A stretch of 64,000 nt of DNA from Octopus vulgaris (taxonomy: Eukaryota). Below the pieces are notes generated by a model. The model was not told the DNA's origin. It did not search any database and saw only the letters and a program-made list of their open reading frames with translations. The stretch lies in assembly GCA_951406725.2 (NCBI GenBank), contig OX597832.1:50158001-50222000 (forward strand), read 5' to 3'. Shown in pieces: positions 26,006-41,730 of this stretch. The position numbers and the translations under genes are program-made. Positions within the stretch are counted from its first letter, which is position 1; each line of letters starts with the position of its first letter.

Positions 26006-26374
26006 AATAAAGAGAGGGTGGAGGGCAAAACCTTTTCTCTAATAGGGTTCTTTGTGTATGTTAGTGCTGGGATATATTTATTAGTCTTAGAGCCACTCAT
26101 GTAGTTGTTCCTCTGCCTGTTGGTTCATATTCTTCTCTAATTTGTTGTTGGTCAGAACTTGGACAAACCAAGCATTTTGTTTTTACCAATTTGAGATGGC
26201 AGATAAAAATAGATGTAGCTGTAGAGGTATAGGCAGAAGCATGGCTATGTAGTTAAGAAGCTTGCTTCCCAACAAAGGGATCTTGGGTTCAGTCTAAATG
26301 CACAGCACTTTGGACAAGTACCTTCTACTATAATCTTGGGTTGAACAAGCCTTTGTGTGTGTGTGTGTGTTCGG

Positions 26375-26405
<31 letters not shown>

Positions 26406-26924
26406 CCCTTGTCTAGACATCATGATCCTTGAAAAATAAAGGTCCTTCCGAGTCATACAGGCTCATAGGGTCTAACCACTAAGCCATGTACCTCCCTAGA
26501 TAATCATGTGATGGTAGTAAATGAGCATCATCATTATGTAAGGTTGTTTGTTCCCAGACTTCTGTGGAAAAACATGTGTAGCCATGTTTCCTGGAAACAG
26601 GAGAGGGCTGGCAACAGGAAGGACATCCAAGCATGGAAAAGTGGATATTGCATGATGATGATGACAGATTACTTGGTTTATTTTTTTTATGTTAGGGCTT
26701 CAGAAATTCCACTACCGGCCATGTGCTAATGATTGGCTCTGTATAATTATCATAATGTTAAGAGCAGTCTTTAACATATCTTGGAGAACTCATCCCACCA
26801 AAAAACAGCTCTATGGAGATGTCCTGCATGACTCCAACATTATAAGGGAAAGGTGCCTGTGCTTTGCAGGACATTGCCGGTGAGCTTAAGAAGAGCTGGC
26901 AAGTAACCTACTGCTATAAATGCC

Positions 26925-27132
26925 TATTTCTTTACTACCCACAAGGGGCTAAACACAGAGAGGACAAACAAGGACAGACAAAGGGATTTAGTCGATTACA
27001 TTGACCCCCAGTGCGAAACTGGTACTTTACTTATCGACCCCGAAAGGATGAAAGGCAAAGTCAACCTCAGTGGATTTTGAACTCCGCATTTCGCCCGGCA
27101 TGCTAATGTTTCTGCCAGCTTACCACCTTTTG
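26925..27132 (-). mobile_element. SINE family C with 12-bp TSD
   Basis: GCTATAAATGCC at 26913-26924 and 27133-27144; internal deletion. Confidence 0.9.
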
Positions 27133-27291
27133 GCTATAAATGCCAAAGCACGGTCATACTCAAGCTGGTTGACTGGACACAGTGTATGTAGACCAACACA
27201 TCAGAAGCACTGGATGCCTCCCCGAAGGCCTCTCCCAAGTAATGCAGGACCAGGATGGATGGCATGTGTGAGTTAAAAATGTTTGAGCAAG

Positions 27292-27524
27292 ACGGCGGCA
27301 AGCTGGCAGAAATGTTAGCACACCGGGCGAAATGCTCAGCAGTATTTTGGCTGTCGCTACGTTCTGAGTTCAAATTCCGCCGAGGTCGACTTTGCCTTTC
27401 ATCCTTTCGGGGTCAGTTAAATAAGTACCAGTTATGCACTGGGGTTGATGTAATCGACTTTAATCCGTTTGTCTGTCCTTGTTTGTCCCCTCTGTGTTTA
27501 GCCCCTTGTGGGTAGTAAAAGAAA
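27292..27524 (+). mobile_element. SINE family C, full length, ~19-bp imperfect TSD
   Basis: TTAAAAATGTTTGAGCAAG (27273) versus TTAAAAAATTTTTGAGCAAG (27525). Confidence 0.9.
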
Positions 27525-28685
27525 TTAAAAAATTTTTGAGCAAGCTTGGCCGGATGATGATGATGATGTTGATGATGATAACCCTATTGATATTGGAAGT
27601 CACTTAAAAAACCATTAACAACGTGATGGAGCTTTTATACAGAATAGTATAACAAAGGGAAAAGCTGGAAAGATTTAATAGACTTATTTCCTTGTTTGAA
27701 ATCTGAGACAATGAAGTTTAAAGTCTCAGTGTTTGGTAACAGATTGAGTAAATAGTACAACCCACCCAAATAGCCACGAAAATAAAAATAACCATCACGC
27801 CAAATAAGAAAGTAAAATAAATTTAATTTTAGGTATTTCAGCAATTTAACCAAACTGGAAATGGAAATACCATTTACATTTCATGGTTGACTAGTTGATA
27901 TTTTAGGAGAAGAATTGTTTTAAAAAAACGAAAGAAAGAAACAACGAAAAAAGAATTCAACAATTCATGCAAAAATGTAAATTTAATGCAAATTAAGTTT
28001 TGTAATTTAGTTTAAATTAATTTTGCATGATAAATATATATTAACAATATTATCTAAAATTCAGATTTTTGCTATTTCAATCTATATTTAGCTGAATTGA
28101 AAATACAAAGAATCTAGTTGTAAAAAGACGAAAAAAAAAAAAAATAAGAGAGAGAGAGAGAGTAAAAGAAAAAAATTTCATGTAATTTCCAATATTTTAA
28201 ATGAAAATGTAAATTTACTCAACTCAGTAAATCAAATATATCACAGCTAAAAATAGTTTAGATAGACAGGAGAAGAGTTCTGTTCTGATCGGGCTGTAAA
28301 CACAAACGCCAGCTCTTCTAGATCCACGTTTTTCTCTCACGATCAAAAGCATTTTGTTCTCTCGCATTCCTGCCATTCATTTCCTTCCTTTGAACTTGCT
28401 GGCTCTGTGCCATTCTCACTTCAACCCAATTGATTACATGCATCTCCTTTGACATCCATCTACTGTCTCTCACTTCCCAGATCCCTTAATAAAATAAATA
28501 TTTTTTCCCAACATTGCTTGGCTGTATGGTTAAAAAGTTTACTTCACATCCACACGACTTGATGTCCCAGTCTCACTACACGGCACCTTCGGCAAGTCTC
28601 TTCTACCATACTCTTAGACAGAACCTTGCCTTGTTTATGTACGGAATTTGGTACATTGAAGCTGTGTGGGGCCTTAGTCTATATA

Positions 28686-29091
28686 CTCTTACTCTTTACT
28701 TTTTTACTTGTTTCAGTCATTTGACTGTGGCAATGCTGGAGCACTGCCTTTAGTCGAGCAAATCGACCCCGGGATTTATTCTTTTAGTAAGCCCAGTACT
28801 TATTCTATCAGTCTCTTTTGCTGAACCGCTAAGTAACGGGGACGTAAACACACCAGCATCGGTTGTCAAGCAATGCCAGGGGGACAAACACAGACACACA
28901 AACATACACACGCATATATATATATATATATATATATATACACGATGGGCTTCTTTTAGTTTCCGTCTACCAAATCCACTCACAAGGTTTTGGTCGGCCC
29001 GAGGCTATAGTAGAAGACACTTGCCCAAGGTGCCACACAGTGGGACTGAACCCGGAACCATGTGGTTCGTAAGCAAGCCACTCCTACGCCT
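28686..29091 (-). mobile_element. SINE family A, full length
   Basis: Reverse complement of A; TATACT at both ends (possible TSD). Confidence 0.9.
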
Positions 29092-29111
29092 ATACTTATT
29101 TTATTAATCTT

Positions 29112-29400
29112 TTTTGTTGAATTGCTAAGTTATAGAGACATAAACAAACCAACACCGAGTGTCTTATAATGGAGAACAAACACAGACACACAGACATGCA
29201 TGTGTACATGCATGCATACTCACAGACACACATACAGTGGGCATCCACACTGTTTCCCCTCTGCCAAATTCACTCACAAGGCTTTGGTTGACCCAGGGTT
29301 AGGGTTATAGCAAAAGACACTTCTCCAAGGTGCCACGCACTGGGATTGAACCCGAAACCACCTGGTTGTAGAGTGAGCTTCTTAACCACCACGCAGCCTT
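29112..29400 (-). mobile_element. SINE family A, older copy
   Basis: Diverged match to A. Confidence 0.7.
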
Positions 29401-30010
29401 GGTTGCATGTAACTTTCATTGGGAGCAACTTGTAGAATTCTCTTCTTAATTGTCTTTTGATTGAGTTTGGAATGGGGGGGGGTAATGGTGGTGGTTGTGA
29501 TGGTGGTGGGGGGGTCTGTGTTTGTTGTTGTGATGGTTGTAAATAGCTGGGTTTTGATGGTCGGTGTGACCACCAGGATTTTGTAATCACAACCCTCGTT
29601 CCACACACCCACACACACACACATACATGCATGCATGCACTTTTCCCCTTTGATGTTAATGAAGACGCTTGTCTCTTGTTAAAACTAACAAACGCATTCC
29701 TTCATCAAGATGACAAGACGAGAAGTGTATGTGTGAAGGGGAGAGACGGACAGATAGCGAAAGGTGGGGTGGTGAGAGGGTGGAGGGAATCCCAGGTTAG
29801 TCATTTCCAAATGACTAACTCTGGAATGTTCTAACCATAAGACATACCGCTCCCTCCACTAACCAACCATCATCTCAACAGCACCCAAAATACACCTGTT
29901 GTAGTTAATTTTTGTGTTTGTTGTTGTTGTTGTAATTTGCAATAATGGCTTCACTCTCTTTCGATTAGTTGTTTGTGTGTATGTGGGTGTGTCTTGGGGA
30001 TGGTACTACG

Positions 30011-30246
30011 GAAGGCGGTGAGCTGGCAGAAACGTTAGCACGCCGGGCGAAATACTTAGCGGTATTTCGTCTGCCGTTACATTGTGAGTTCAAATTCCGC
30101 CGAGGTCGACTTTGCCTTTCAATCTTTCGGGGTCGATAAATTAAGTACCAGTTATGCACTGGGGTCGATGTAATCGACTTAATACCTAAGTCTGTCCTTG
30201 TTTGTCCCCTCTGTGTTTAGCCCCTTGTGGGTAATAAAGAAATAGG
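30011..30246 (+). mobile_element. SINE family C, full length (Nin/Deu-like domain)
   Basis: GAGTTCAAATTCC B box; GCCTTTCAATCTTTCGGGGTCGATAAATTAAGTACCAG resembles the recalled Nin/Deu core. Confidence 0.88.
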
Positions 30247-30247
30247 T

Positions 30248-30684
30248 ACTCTCTTTTACTCTTTACTCTTTTACTTGTTTCAGTCATTTGACTGCGGATA
30301 TGCTGGAGCACCACCTTTAATCGAGCAACTCGACCCCGGGTCTTATTCTTTTGTAAGCCCAGTACTTATTCTATCGGTCTCTTTGCCGAACTGCTAAGTA
30401 ACAGGGACATAAACACACCAGCATCGGTTGTCAAGCGATGTTGGGAGGGGACAAACACAGACACACACACACATACATATACATATATATATATATGTAT
30501 ATATATATACACATATATACGACGGGCTTCTTTCAGTTTCCGTCTACCAAATCCACTCACAAGGCTTTGGTCGGCCCGAGGCTATAGTAGAAGACACTTG
30601 CCCCAAGATGCCACGCAGTGGGACTGAACCCGGAACCATGTGGTTGGTAAACAAGCTACTTACCATACAGCCACTCCTGCGCCT
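30248..30684 (-). mobile_element. SINE family A, full length, tail-to-tail with C
   Basis: Reverse complement of A. Confidence 0.92.
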
Positions 30685-31639
30685 ATGGGTTTTTGTTGTT
30701 GTTTTTTTTTTTTTGTATTTTGTTTTTTGGTGAGAATCTGTGGTAATGGTATGATGGACTGGTTGTTGAGGTGTGAAACCATGGTGGTAAGTTTTGGTGG
30801 TGTAGGTATGGTAGCAGCGATGGTCTTAGTAAGAATAAGAAATTAAAATAATAATGGTAGTAGTGGTGATGGTGGCAGTGGCGATTCTTGCAGGTAAAGC
30901 CATAGTGATAACGATGTTACATGATGATGGTGGTGCTAGCGATGGAGGAGAAAGCGAAGGTGGGGGGGGACAACATGCGTCCGTGTGTGCGTCCGTGTGT
31001 GTGTTGGTGTGGGGTGGTGGGGGGATGGTTAGGCATGTGGTTAGGCGGTGTTGAGAGATCCAAAGCAGCAAAAGTAGAAGTTAACGGAGATGAAAGAGAA
31101 CCTGTTAAAAAATCTACAGAAATCTTGTGGTTACTTGTTTTTCAACATCTTAAACCCACTCCACCTCTGCATGCTTCTCTCTGCTTCACCCCCCCTCTCT
31201 CCCTCCTTCATACACACCTTCTCTCTCTCTCTATCTATCTGTCTCTCTACCTTTCATTCTCTTATACTCTTTCATCTATCTCCTCTCTTTCTTATTGTCT
31301 TTCCATCTCTCTCTCCCTTCCTCTCCACTCCTGATGATTTTTTTTTTTTGTTTTTCAATTTCTTCACTTTTCGCTTTATTATATCATTATTTTTTTTTTT
31401 ATATATATCTATATTTCCTTTCTTTCTGTAGTGTGAATATATGTGTGTGTACATGTGCAGTGTGCGTGCGATATTTATTTGCATCATAGTTACCTACCCC
31501 CCCATCTCTATCTATCTATCTATCTACACACACACACACATCTATCTGTCTGTATGTCTTTCATTTTTGCCATCTCCCCACTTTTTCTATGCAAATGTTC
31601 ACAAACCTCGCTCTGTATCCATCTGTCTCTGTCTCTCTG

Positions 31640-32360
<721 letters not shown>

Positions 32361-33778
32361 TGTATTTACATGTTTGTGTTTCTTGTAAGTTTGCAAATAA
32401 ATGCTTGCAACCTTGCTGTTTGTATGCACCTATCTTGATGTTGGTTTGTTAGTTTTTATGACTATAATTTTTCAAAACAGTTTGCATGTTATTTCTTTTC
32501 CCTCGCCACCCTCCCAATTTCTGTAACCACATCTACCACCACCACCACCACCCACCACCACCACCATCACCATCATCGTCGTCATCATCATCACTATTAT
32601 CAGCAATAACTGCAACAATGGAGTTCTTTCACTACATGTGCAGCTGTAAGTCTTCCAGTTAAATGCAGTATGTTTTTTTTTTTTGCTCTCTCCTCCATTT
32701 ATTTCTCCCCACTTTTCTCCCGTGTTCCAGTACCACACTGTTACCATGTCTCACCTCTTGCCAATCTCTCCTTTTGCCAAAATAAGAAAGCATCAAACAA
32801 GAAATTTTGTTTCTATTTTGTCAAAAAAAAACAAAACAAAAAAATAAACGCCAAAAAAACAAAAACAAAAACAATAAAAAACACAATTAATTCTTGAAGA
32901 TGAAAGTGGGGAAAAGAGAGCAAGGGAGAGGAGGTGTATGTGAGTGAGAGAGGAGGGAGGTGGAGAGAGAGAGGGTGGGGAATAGAGAAGGTGAAAGAGT
33001 GTGTCAGTGGGTGTTTGATAATGAAAAGAAAAGAAAGGAAAGGAAAGGAGGAAAGTGTAAAATTTTGATTGGAGAGAAAGGGAGAGGAGGAAGTTTGTGA
33101 TAGGAGAAAAGGAGAGTGGGAGAGAGGAGGAGGAAGGAGGAAGTAAAAATAGTGGGAGAAAGGGAGAGAGAGGAGGAAGAAAAAGTGGTAGGAGAAAAGG
33201 AGAGGCGAGGAGGAGGAGGAAGTAAAAGTGATAGGAGGAAAGGATAGACGGAGAGAAAGGAGGGAGGGAGGGAAAGAGGATATTGAGAAACAGGTTAGGA
33301 CAAGTGAGAGAGAGAGAGAGAGTGCAGAGAGGTTATGTGGGTGAAGAAAGGCCAAGCACTGCAAAACAACATGAAACAACAGAAAAATAAACAAGCAAAG
33401 AAATAAAATAAAATAAAATAGAATAAACAAATAATTGAAATATAATCAGAAAAATAAATTAAAAGGTACAAAAACAGGTAATCAATGTAAACAATAAATG
33501 AAATGAATGTTATATGCATATATATGGATATATATATATATATATATGCATATGTGCTTCTAAGGTGTGTGTGTGTACAGGTAAGTACATATGTATATCG
33601 ATAGGTGCATAATAATTTGTGTGCATATGTATGTATGTGTGTGTATATATATATATATATATATACTTTCTCCTCCTCCTCCTCACCTCTCCTTTTCTCC
33701 TATCACCTTTACTTCCTCCTCTCTCATCCTCTCCTTTTCTCCTACCACTTTTTCTTCCTCCTCTCTCTCCCTTTCTCC

Positions 33779-33847
<69 letters not shown>

Positions 33848-34084
33848 AATTTTTTTAAGAGATGGTGTTTCATAGGTAATACACTATTTAAATATGCTTT
33901 ATTTTAGAAATCCTGACAGGTTTGTTATGTATGTATGTATGTGTGTGTGTAATGTAATGTATGTATTGTGTGCATGTATGTATTTATTTATATATATATA
34001 TATGAATGTATCTATAAATAGGAAGATCATCTGGTTTACACCCCCTTACTCACCCGAGGTGACCTTCAATATAGGTAAATATTT

Positions 34085-34240
34085 CTGAGTTCACATTCTG
34101 CCGAGGTCGACTTTGCCTTTCATCCTTTCGAGGTCGATAAATTAAGTACCAGTTACGCACTGGGGTCGATATAATCGACTTAATCCATTTGTCTGTCCTT
34201 GTGTAGCCCCTTGTGGATAGTAAAGAAATAAAGAAATAGG
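34085..34240 (+). mobile_element. SINE family C, 5'-truncated
   Basis: GCCGAGGTCGACTTTGCCTTTCATCCTTTCGAGGTCGATAAATTAAGTACC. Confidence 0.85.
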
Positions 34241-34529
34241 TAGTGATGGTGGGCGGTGGCGGTGGTCACGGGGTGGGTTTTAAGGAATCAGCAGGGAGAC
34301 CCCGAGAAAAAGCAAGCGGAGAGAAATAATGAGATGATAATGCAGGGCAAGAAATTGTTTGCAGAGAGTTTGTGTTAAGAGCAACGGCAGTTGGGGTGGG
34401 GTAGTAGGAGGAGGTAGTGGTAATGGTGAGAGAAGGGGAAGAAGGGGAATGGAAGAATACAGAAGTGGTGGTGGTGGTGGTGGTGATGAGGATAGTAGTG
34501 ATGGAAGAAAGTAATGGGGTGGCTTGTTG

Positions 34530-34680
34530 GATGCTGGTGTGTTTACATCCCTGTAACTTAGCAGTTTGGCAAGAGAGACTGATAGAATAAGTACTAGGCT
34601 TAGAAAGAATAAGTCCTGGGATCGATTTGATCTCAACCAGTATGGCCGCAGTCAAATGACTGAAACAAATAAAAAAAAGA
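34530..34680 (+). mobile_element. SINE family A 3' fragment
   Basis: GATGCTGGTGTGTTTAC...CAAATGACTGAAACAA. Confidence 0.8.
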
Positions 34681-34714
34681 AAGAATACACACACACATAC
34701 ACACACACATATAT

Positions 34715-34957
34715 GGTGCTGTGTCTTTTCATCCAACGTTGCTTCGTCAAGCGTCTTTTCGTCTGTCTTTTTGTCCAATGGCAAATCCTATCAATAAAAT
34801 TCTCAATGATTATTTGATGTTGATGTTCACGTTGTTTTCTTAAGAGTTTATTTAAAATTGGACAAAAACTCATCGGACAAAAAGACGTTGGACCAAAAGA
34901 CATGGACGAAGTGATGTTGGACAAAGTGAGTGACATCAAATGAAAAGACAGGTCACG
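34715..34957. mobile_element. Foldback-type MITE with ~15-bp subterminal repeats
   Basis: Ends TGTCTTTTCAT and ATGAAAAGACA are inverted; TTGGACAAAAAGACG-like units in opposite orientation in each arm; TA-rich flanks. Confidence 0.7.
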
Positions 34958-34992
<35 letters not shown>

Positions 34993-35234
34993 ACAATTAC
35001 CCATCAATCTATATGTGTATGTGTTTGTCCATCTGTATGCATGTATGTATGTATCTACCTTGCTACTACACATAGAGATAGCTATCATCTTCGTCTAATT
35101 ATTGATCAAGCTATGTCAGTGTATTTCACTGGCTATGTTTGTATGTGTTTGTCTATCATACTGATAGATCTGTATATCTGTCTATCTACTTGATAGATGA
35201 ATGGATAGATAGAAGGATAGATAGACAGACAGAC

Positions 35235-35268
<34 letters not shown>

Positions 35269-35961
35269 CCATCTATCAATCCATCCATCCATGTGTCGAT
35301 TCTTCCACATACAGTAACTCTTAAGATCCAAGAAAGTTAGATGGAATTTATTAAATGGTGTTGGCACAGAGGAGGCAAGCTGGAAATAATAAATATGATG
35401 TAAGGCGATGTGAAGAAGATGCAGAAAGGGAAAAGAAGAAAACGGAAAAATTGGCATGATAAAACTGAAGAAAGATGATGGGAAACATGGACAGAAGAAA
35501 GAAATGTCTGTCACAATTTGTCTTAGATGTTGGTAAAAGGGGAAAAAAATGTTCAAAAGCAGCCTAACCTCCCCTTCCCTCTTACTATACATTCAGACCC
35601 TGTCTTTTAATAAACACTCACTCAGAGTTCCTTAGAAGCATCTATGTCTGGAGTTGGAAGGGGTGAGAAACAGTTAACTAACCTGGCTTTCCTTTGATTT
35701 ATAAAGTGTTGGCTTTTTGTATCTGTGATGGTGGTGGTGGTGGTGGTCTTTGTTGTGGCATACTGTTGTTGTTGTTGTTGTTGTTTGGAAGCAACAATTA
35801 TCAAGATTGTTGTATACAGATAGATAGCTTTTTTGAGAATTTGTGCAAATTTTGCAATTGATTTGTGTGTGTGTGCATGCGTGTGTGTATAACATAGCCA
35901 CATATACACACATATATAGCCACATATATACACATATACTACTTCAGAAATTCATATATAT

Positions 35962-36262
35962 GAGAGTGCATGGCCTTGTTGTTAGGATGTTACACTTACA
36001 ATCCGCAAGATCGTGGTTTCTATTCCTAGACCGGGTGGTGTGTTGTGTTCTTGAGCAAGACACTTTATCTCACATTGTTCTGTGATCTGACCCATGTCAC
36101 CTGACCCATGGTACACCATGCATCTGTTCAGGCCAAAGTTGATTTGATTGAGAGAGTGAGCTAATGTACAGCACATACATGGGATCACTATAAACAAATC
36201 ATTTGTGCAGATCATTCAGCAAAAAGCCGTGCACTCACAAATCGTTTTTGATGGGAGAGTCC
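35962..36262 (+). mobile_element. SINE with D-type head and alternative 3' body
   Basis: Same head and GTGTTCTTGAGCAAGACAC; body shared with 42228-42492. Confidence 0.75.
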
Positions 36263-36276
36263 ATTATATATATATA

Positions 36277-36748
36277 TATAACTTATAAACAAGGGCAAAA
36301 GAAAAATTATTTCTATGCACTCACGGAGTGGTTGGCGTTAGGAAGGGCATCCAGCTGTAGAAACATTGCCAGATTAGACTGGAGCCTGGTGCAGCCTTCT
36401 GGCTTCCCAGAACCCCGGTCGAACCGTCCAACCCATGCTAGCATGGAGAACGGACGTTAAACGACGATGATGATGATGATGCCAATATGCTGAGAACAGA
36501 CTTTAAATCGTCAGTTTCCACATTACACTATATACATTCACTATAAATACACATCGTGCTGAAATCGAGGAAAGCAAGCTAACAGAACAAACTTTAAAAA
36601 AAAAAAATATTCCGCTAGCTTGCTTTCCTCAATTTCAGCAGGATGTGTTTTTATAGAGAATGTATAGTGTAATGTGGAAATTGACGATTTAAAGTCTGTT
36701 CTCAGCATAGAAATAATTTTTTTCTTTTGTCTTTGTTTATAAGTTGTT
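36277..36748. repeat. Long inverted repeat (~135-bp arms, ~30-bp loop); left arm split by SINE B
   Basis: 36277-36318 plus 36486-36583 pairs with 36614-36748. Confidence 0.9.
36319..36485 (+). mobile_element. SINE family B, 5'-truncated, TSD TATGC
   Basis: TATGC at 36314 and 36486; the opposite arm shows the empty site. Confidence 0.9.
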
Positions 36749-36840
36749 TATAATTTTCACTTTTAAAGGTATTTTAATATGCTGCTCCTTTTGATGAAAT
36801 ATTTTCTGAAAAAATGTTTATCTTATATTAGTAGTATATA

Positions 36841-37272
36841 TCATCATCATCATCGTTTAACGTCCGCTTTCCATGCTAGCATGGGTTGGACGGTTCAACT
36901 GGGGTCTGGGAAGCCCGAAGGCTGCACCAGGCCAGTCAGATGTGGCAGTGTTTCTACAGCTGGATGCCCTTCCTAACGCCAACCACTCCGAGAGTGTAGT
37001 GGGTGATTTTATGTGCCACCGACACAGGTGCCAGACGAGGCTGGCAGACGGCCACGCTCAGATGGTGTTTTTTATGTGCCACCGACACAGGTGCCAGACG
37101 AGGCTGGCAGACGGCCACGCTCGGATGGTGTTTTCTTATGTGTCACCGACACAGGTGCCAGACGAGGCTGGCAGACGGCCACGCTCGGATGGTGTTTTTT
37201 ATGTGCCACCGACACAGGTGCCAGACGAGGCTGGCAGACGGCCACGCTCGGATGGTGTTTGTTACGTGCCCT
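36841..37272 (-). mobile_element. SINE family B with four near-identical ~63-bp units
   Basis: Units start at 37011, 37074, 37138 and 37201. Confidence 0.9.
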
Positions 37273-37707
37273 CAGCACGGATATATATATTATATAATAT
37301 GAATATATCTATTACCCATTACTTGTTTCAGTCAATGGGCTGTGACCATGCTGTGACACCACTTTGAAGGAATTTCAGTCTAACAAATCAACTCCAGTGC
37401 TTATCAAGCAGTGGTGGGGAACAAACACACACAGGTGCATGCTTGCACGCATACACATGGCTGACTTCCGTTCAGTTTTCGTCAAAAGGCATTTGTTGGT
37501 GTTGGGCTTTAGTAAAAGACACTTTCTCAAAGTGCTGCACAGTAGGACTGAACTTGAAACCACACGGTAGCAAAGTAAGCTGAGAACCATTACTCTGAGT
37601 CTCATACTTCTGATCTTCAGATGGTTGTGAATTCACTGGCTTCTGAAAATGACAAATGCAAAAACTCAGATAAACAGTTAGCGAAGTTTCCTATTTAAAT
37701 TATATAT

Positions 37708-37874
37708 CAGGAGTGGCTGTGTGGTAAGTAGCTTGCTAACCAACCACATGGCTCTGGGTTCAGTTCCACTGCGTGGCATCTTGGGCAAGTGTCTTCTGCT
37801 ATAGCCTCGGGCCGACCAAAGCCTTGTGAGTTGATTTGGTAGACGGAAACTGAAAGAAGCCCGTCGTATATATG

Positions 37875-37910
<36 letters not shown>

Positions 37911-38112
37911 CGTTTGTCGCCCTAGTATTGCTTGACAACCGATGCTGGTGTGTTTACGCCCCCGTAACTTAGCGGTTCGGCAAAAGAGACGGATAGAATA
38001 AGTACTGGGCTTACAAAGAATAAGTCCCGGGGTCGAGTTGCTCGATTAAAGGTGGTGCTCCAGCATGGCCGCAGTCAAATGACTGAAACAAGTAGAAGAG
38101 TAAAAGAGTAGA

Positions 38113-38113
<1 letters not shown>
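37708..38113 (+). mobile_element. SINE family A
   Basis: All modules present. Confidence 0.9.
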
Positions 38114-38157
<44 letters not shown>

Positions 38158-38609
38158 ATCATAATCATTGTTTAATGTCCACCTTCCAAGACAAGACCCC
38201 ACTCAGCTGAGTGGAGTATGTAGTGTTGAGGTGGGTGGCTTTATGCCATTTGGTTAGAGATTAAAATATGACAGAGTGACAGGAACAGGTGTGTTGCTGG
38301 GGGGGGGGGGGGCAGATATATTGTTACTCCAGTTGGAAAAAAAGTAGGGTTGTAGTGAAGATGTTTCAGGGTTTACCTTAACAGGAAGTTACAGGAAGTT
38401 GAGTAAAAGAGAAATGTTATGAGGAGGCTTAGTTCATGGGGATTGTGAGAGGTGAGTAGCAGGTAAGTAGAGCTGAGGAAAGAGGGAGATATGCAGGGGA
38501 AGGTGAAATGAAAAGGGGCATTCAGTGGAAAATAAGGGATGATAAATATTACCATATGTGATTTCACTGTCTTCATGTATATTATGTTATTATGCATATT
38601 TATATACAT

Positions 38610-41108
<2,499 letters not shown>

Positions 41109-41692
41109 TTAAGTTGACTGCCATCCTGCATAATGGATATAATCATATGTCTCTTAATAAGACTATGGAACATCCTTAGGTGAACTGTGACACAATCGCC
41201 AACAGACAAGACTATTATCATCATCTGTATGGTATAGTTTTATCATTCCATAGCATACCGCTATCTTCAACTTTGAACAGGCAATAAAATTCACTTACTG
41301 ACACACACACACGCCTGCGCGCATACACACACGGACGCTCACTCATACACACATTTGTATATTGTTTGTGAATCCGTAACTATAGATACACAGATCTAAA
41401 TTACTGATTTGAAAATGGTAAATTGCATACCATCTTATTAATGTCATGTATAAAGATGAACCTCCTATGTGGAGAAAGAGAATAAGAAAGGAAGATTCAT
41501 TCATATGCCTATGAATGATAATTTGTGGTTTTGCTTTTTAAATTGTTTCATTGTACGAGTAACAATTATTTATTTATTTTGGTGTTACTATTGTTGATTG
41601 TTTTGTCCTATTGACACTTGAGTTTCTTTTTTTTACATTTTATGTATACACATATAATTCTTGAGTACTGATTATGTATGACTATATGTCAT

Positions 41693-41730
<38 letters not shown>

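Larger units (their letters stand above)
26752..27579 (+). pseudogene. Decayed 3' end of an RTE-type LINE ORF (post-RT region) with (GAT)n tail, split by two SINEs
   Basis: Rejoined translation MLRAVFNISWRTHPTKKQLYG...IIRERCLCFAGHCR*A*EELASNLLL*MPKHGHTQAG*LDTVYVDQHIRSTGC...MQDQDGW resembles recalled RTE-group C-termini; multiple stops. Confidence 0.8.

Noticed and set aside
37005-37272. CRISPR-like periodic array
   Set aside because: Whole units repeat with no unique spacers, it lies inside a SINE, there are no cas genes and the context is eukaryotic.
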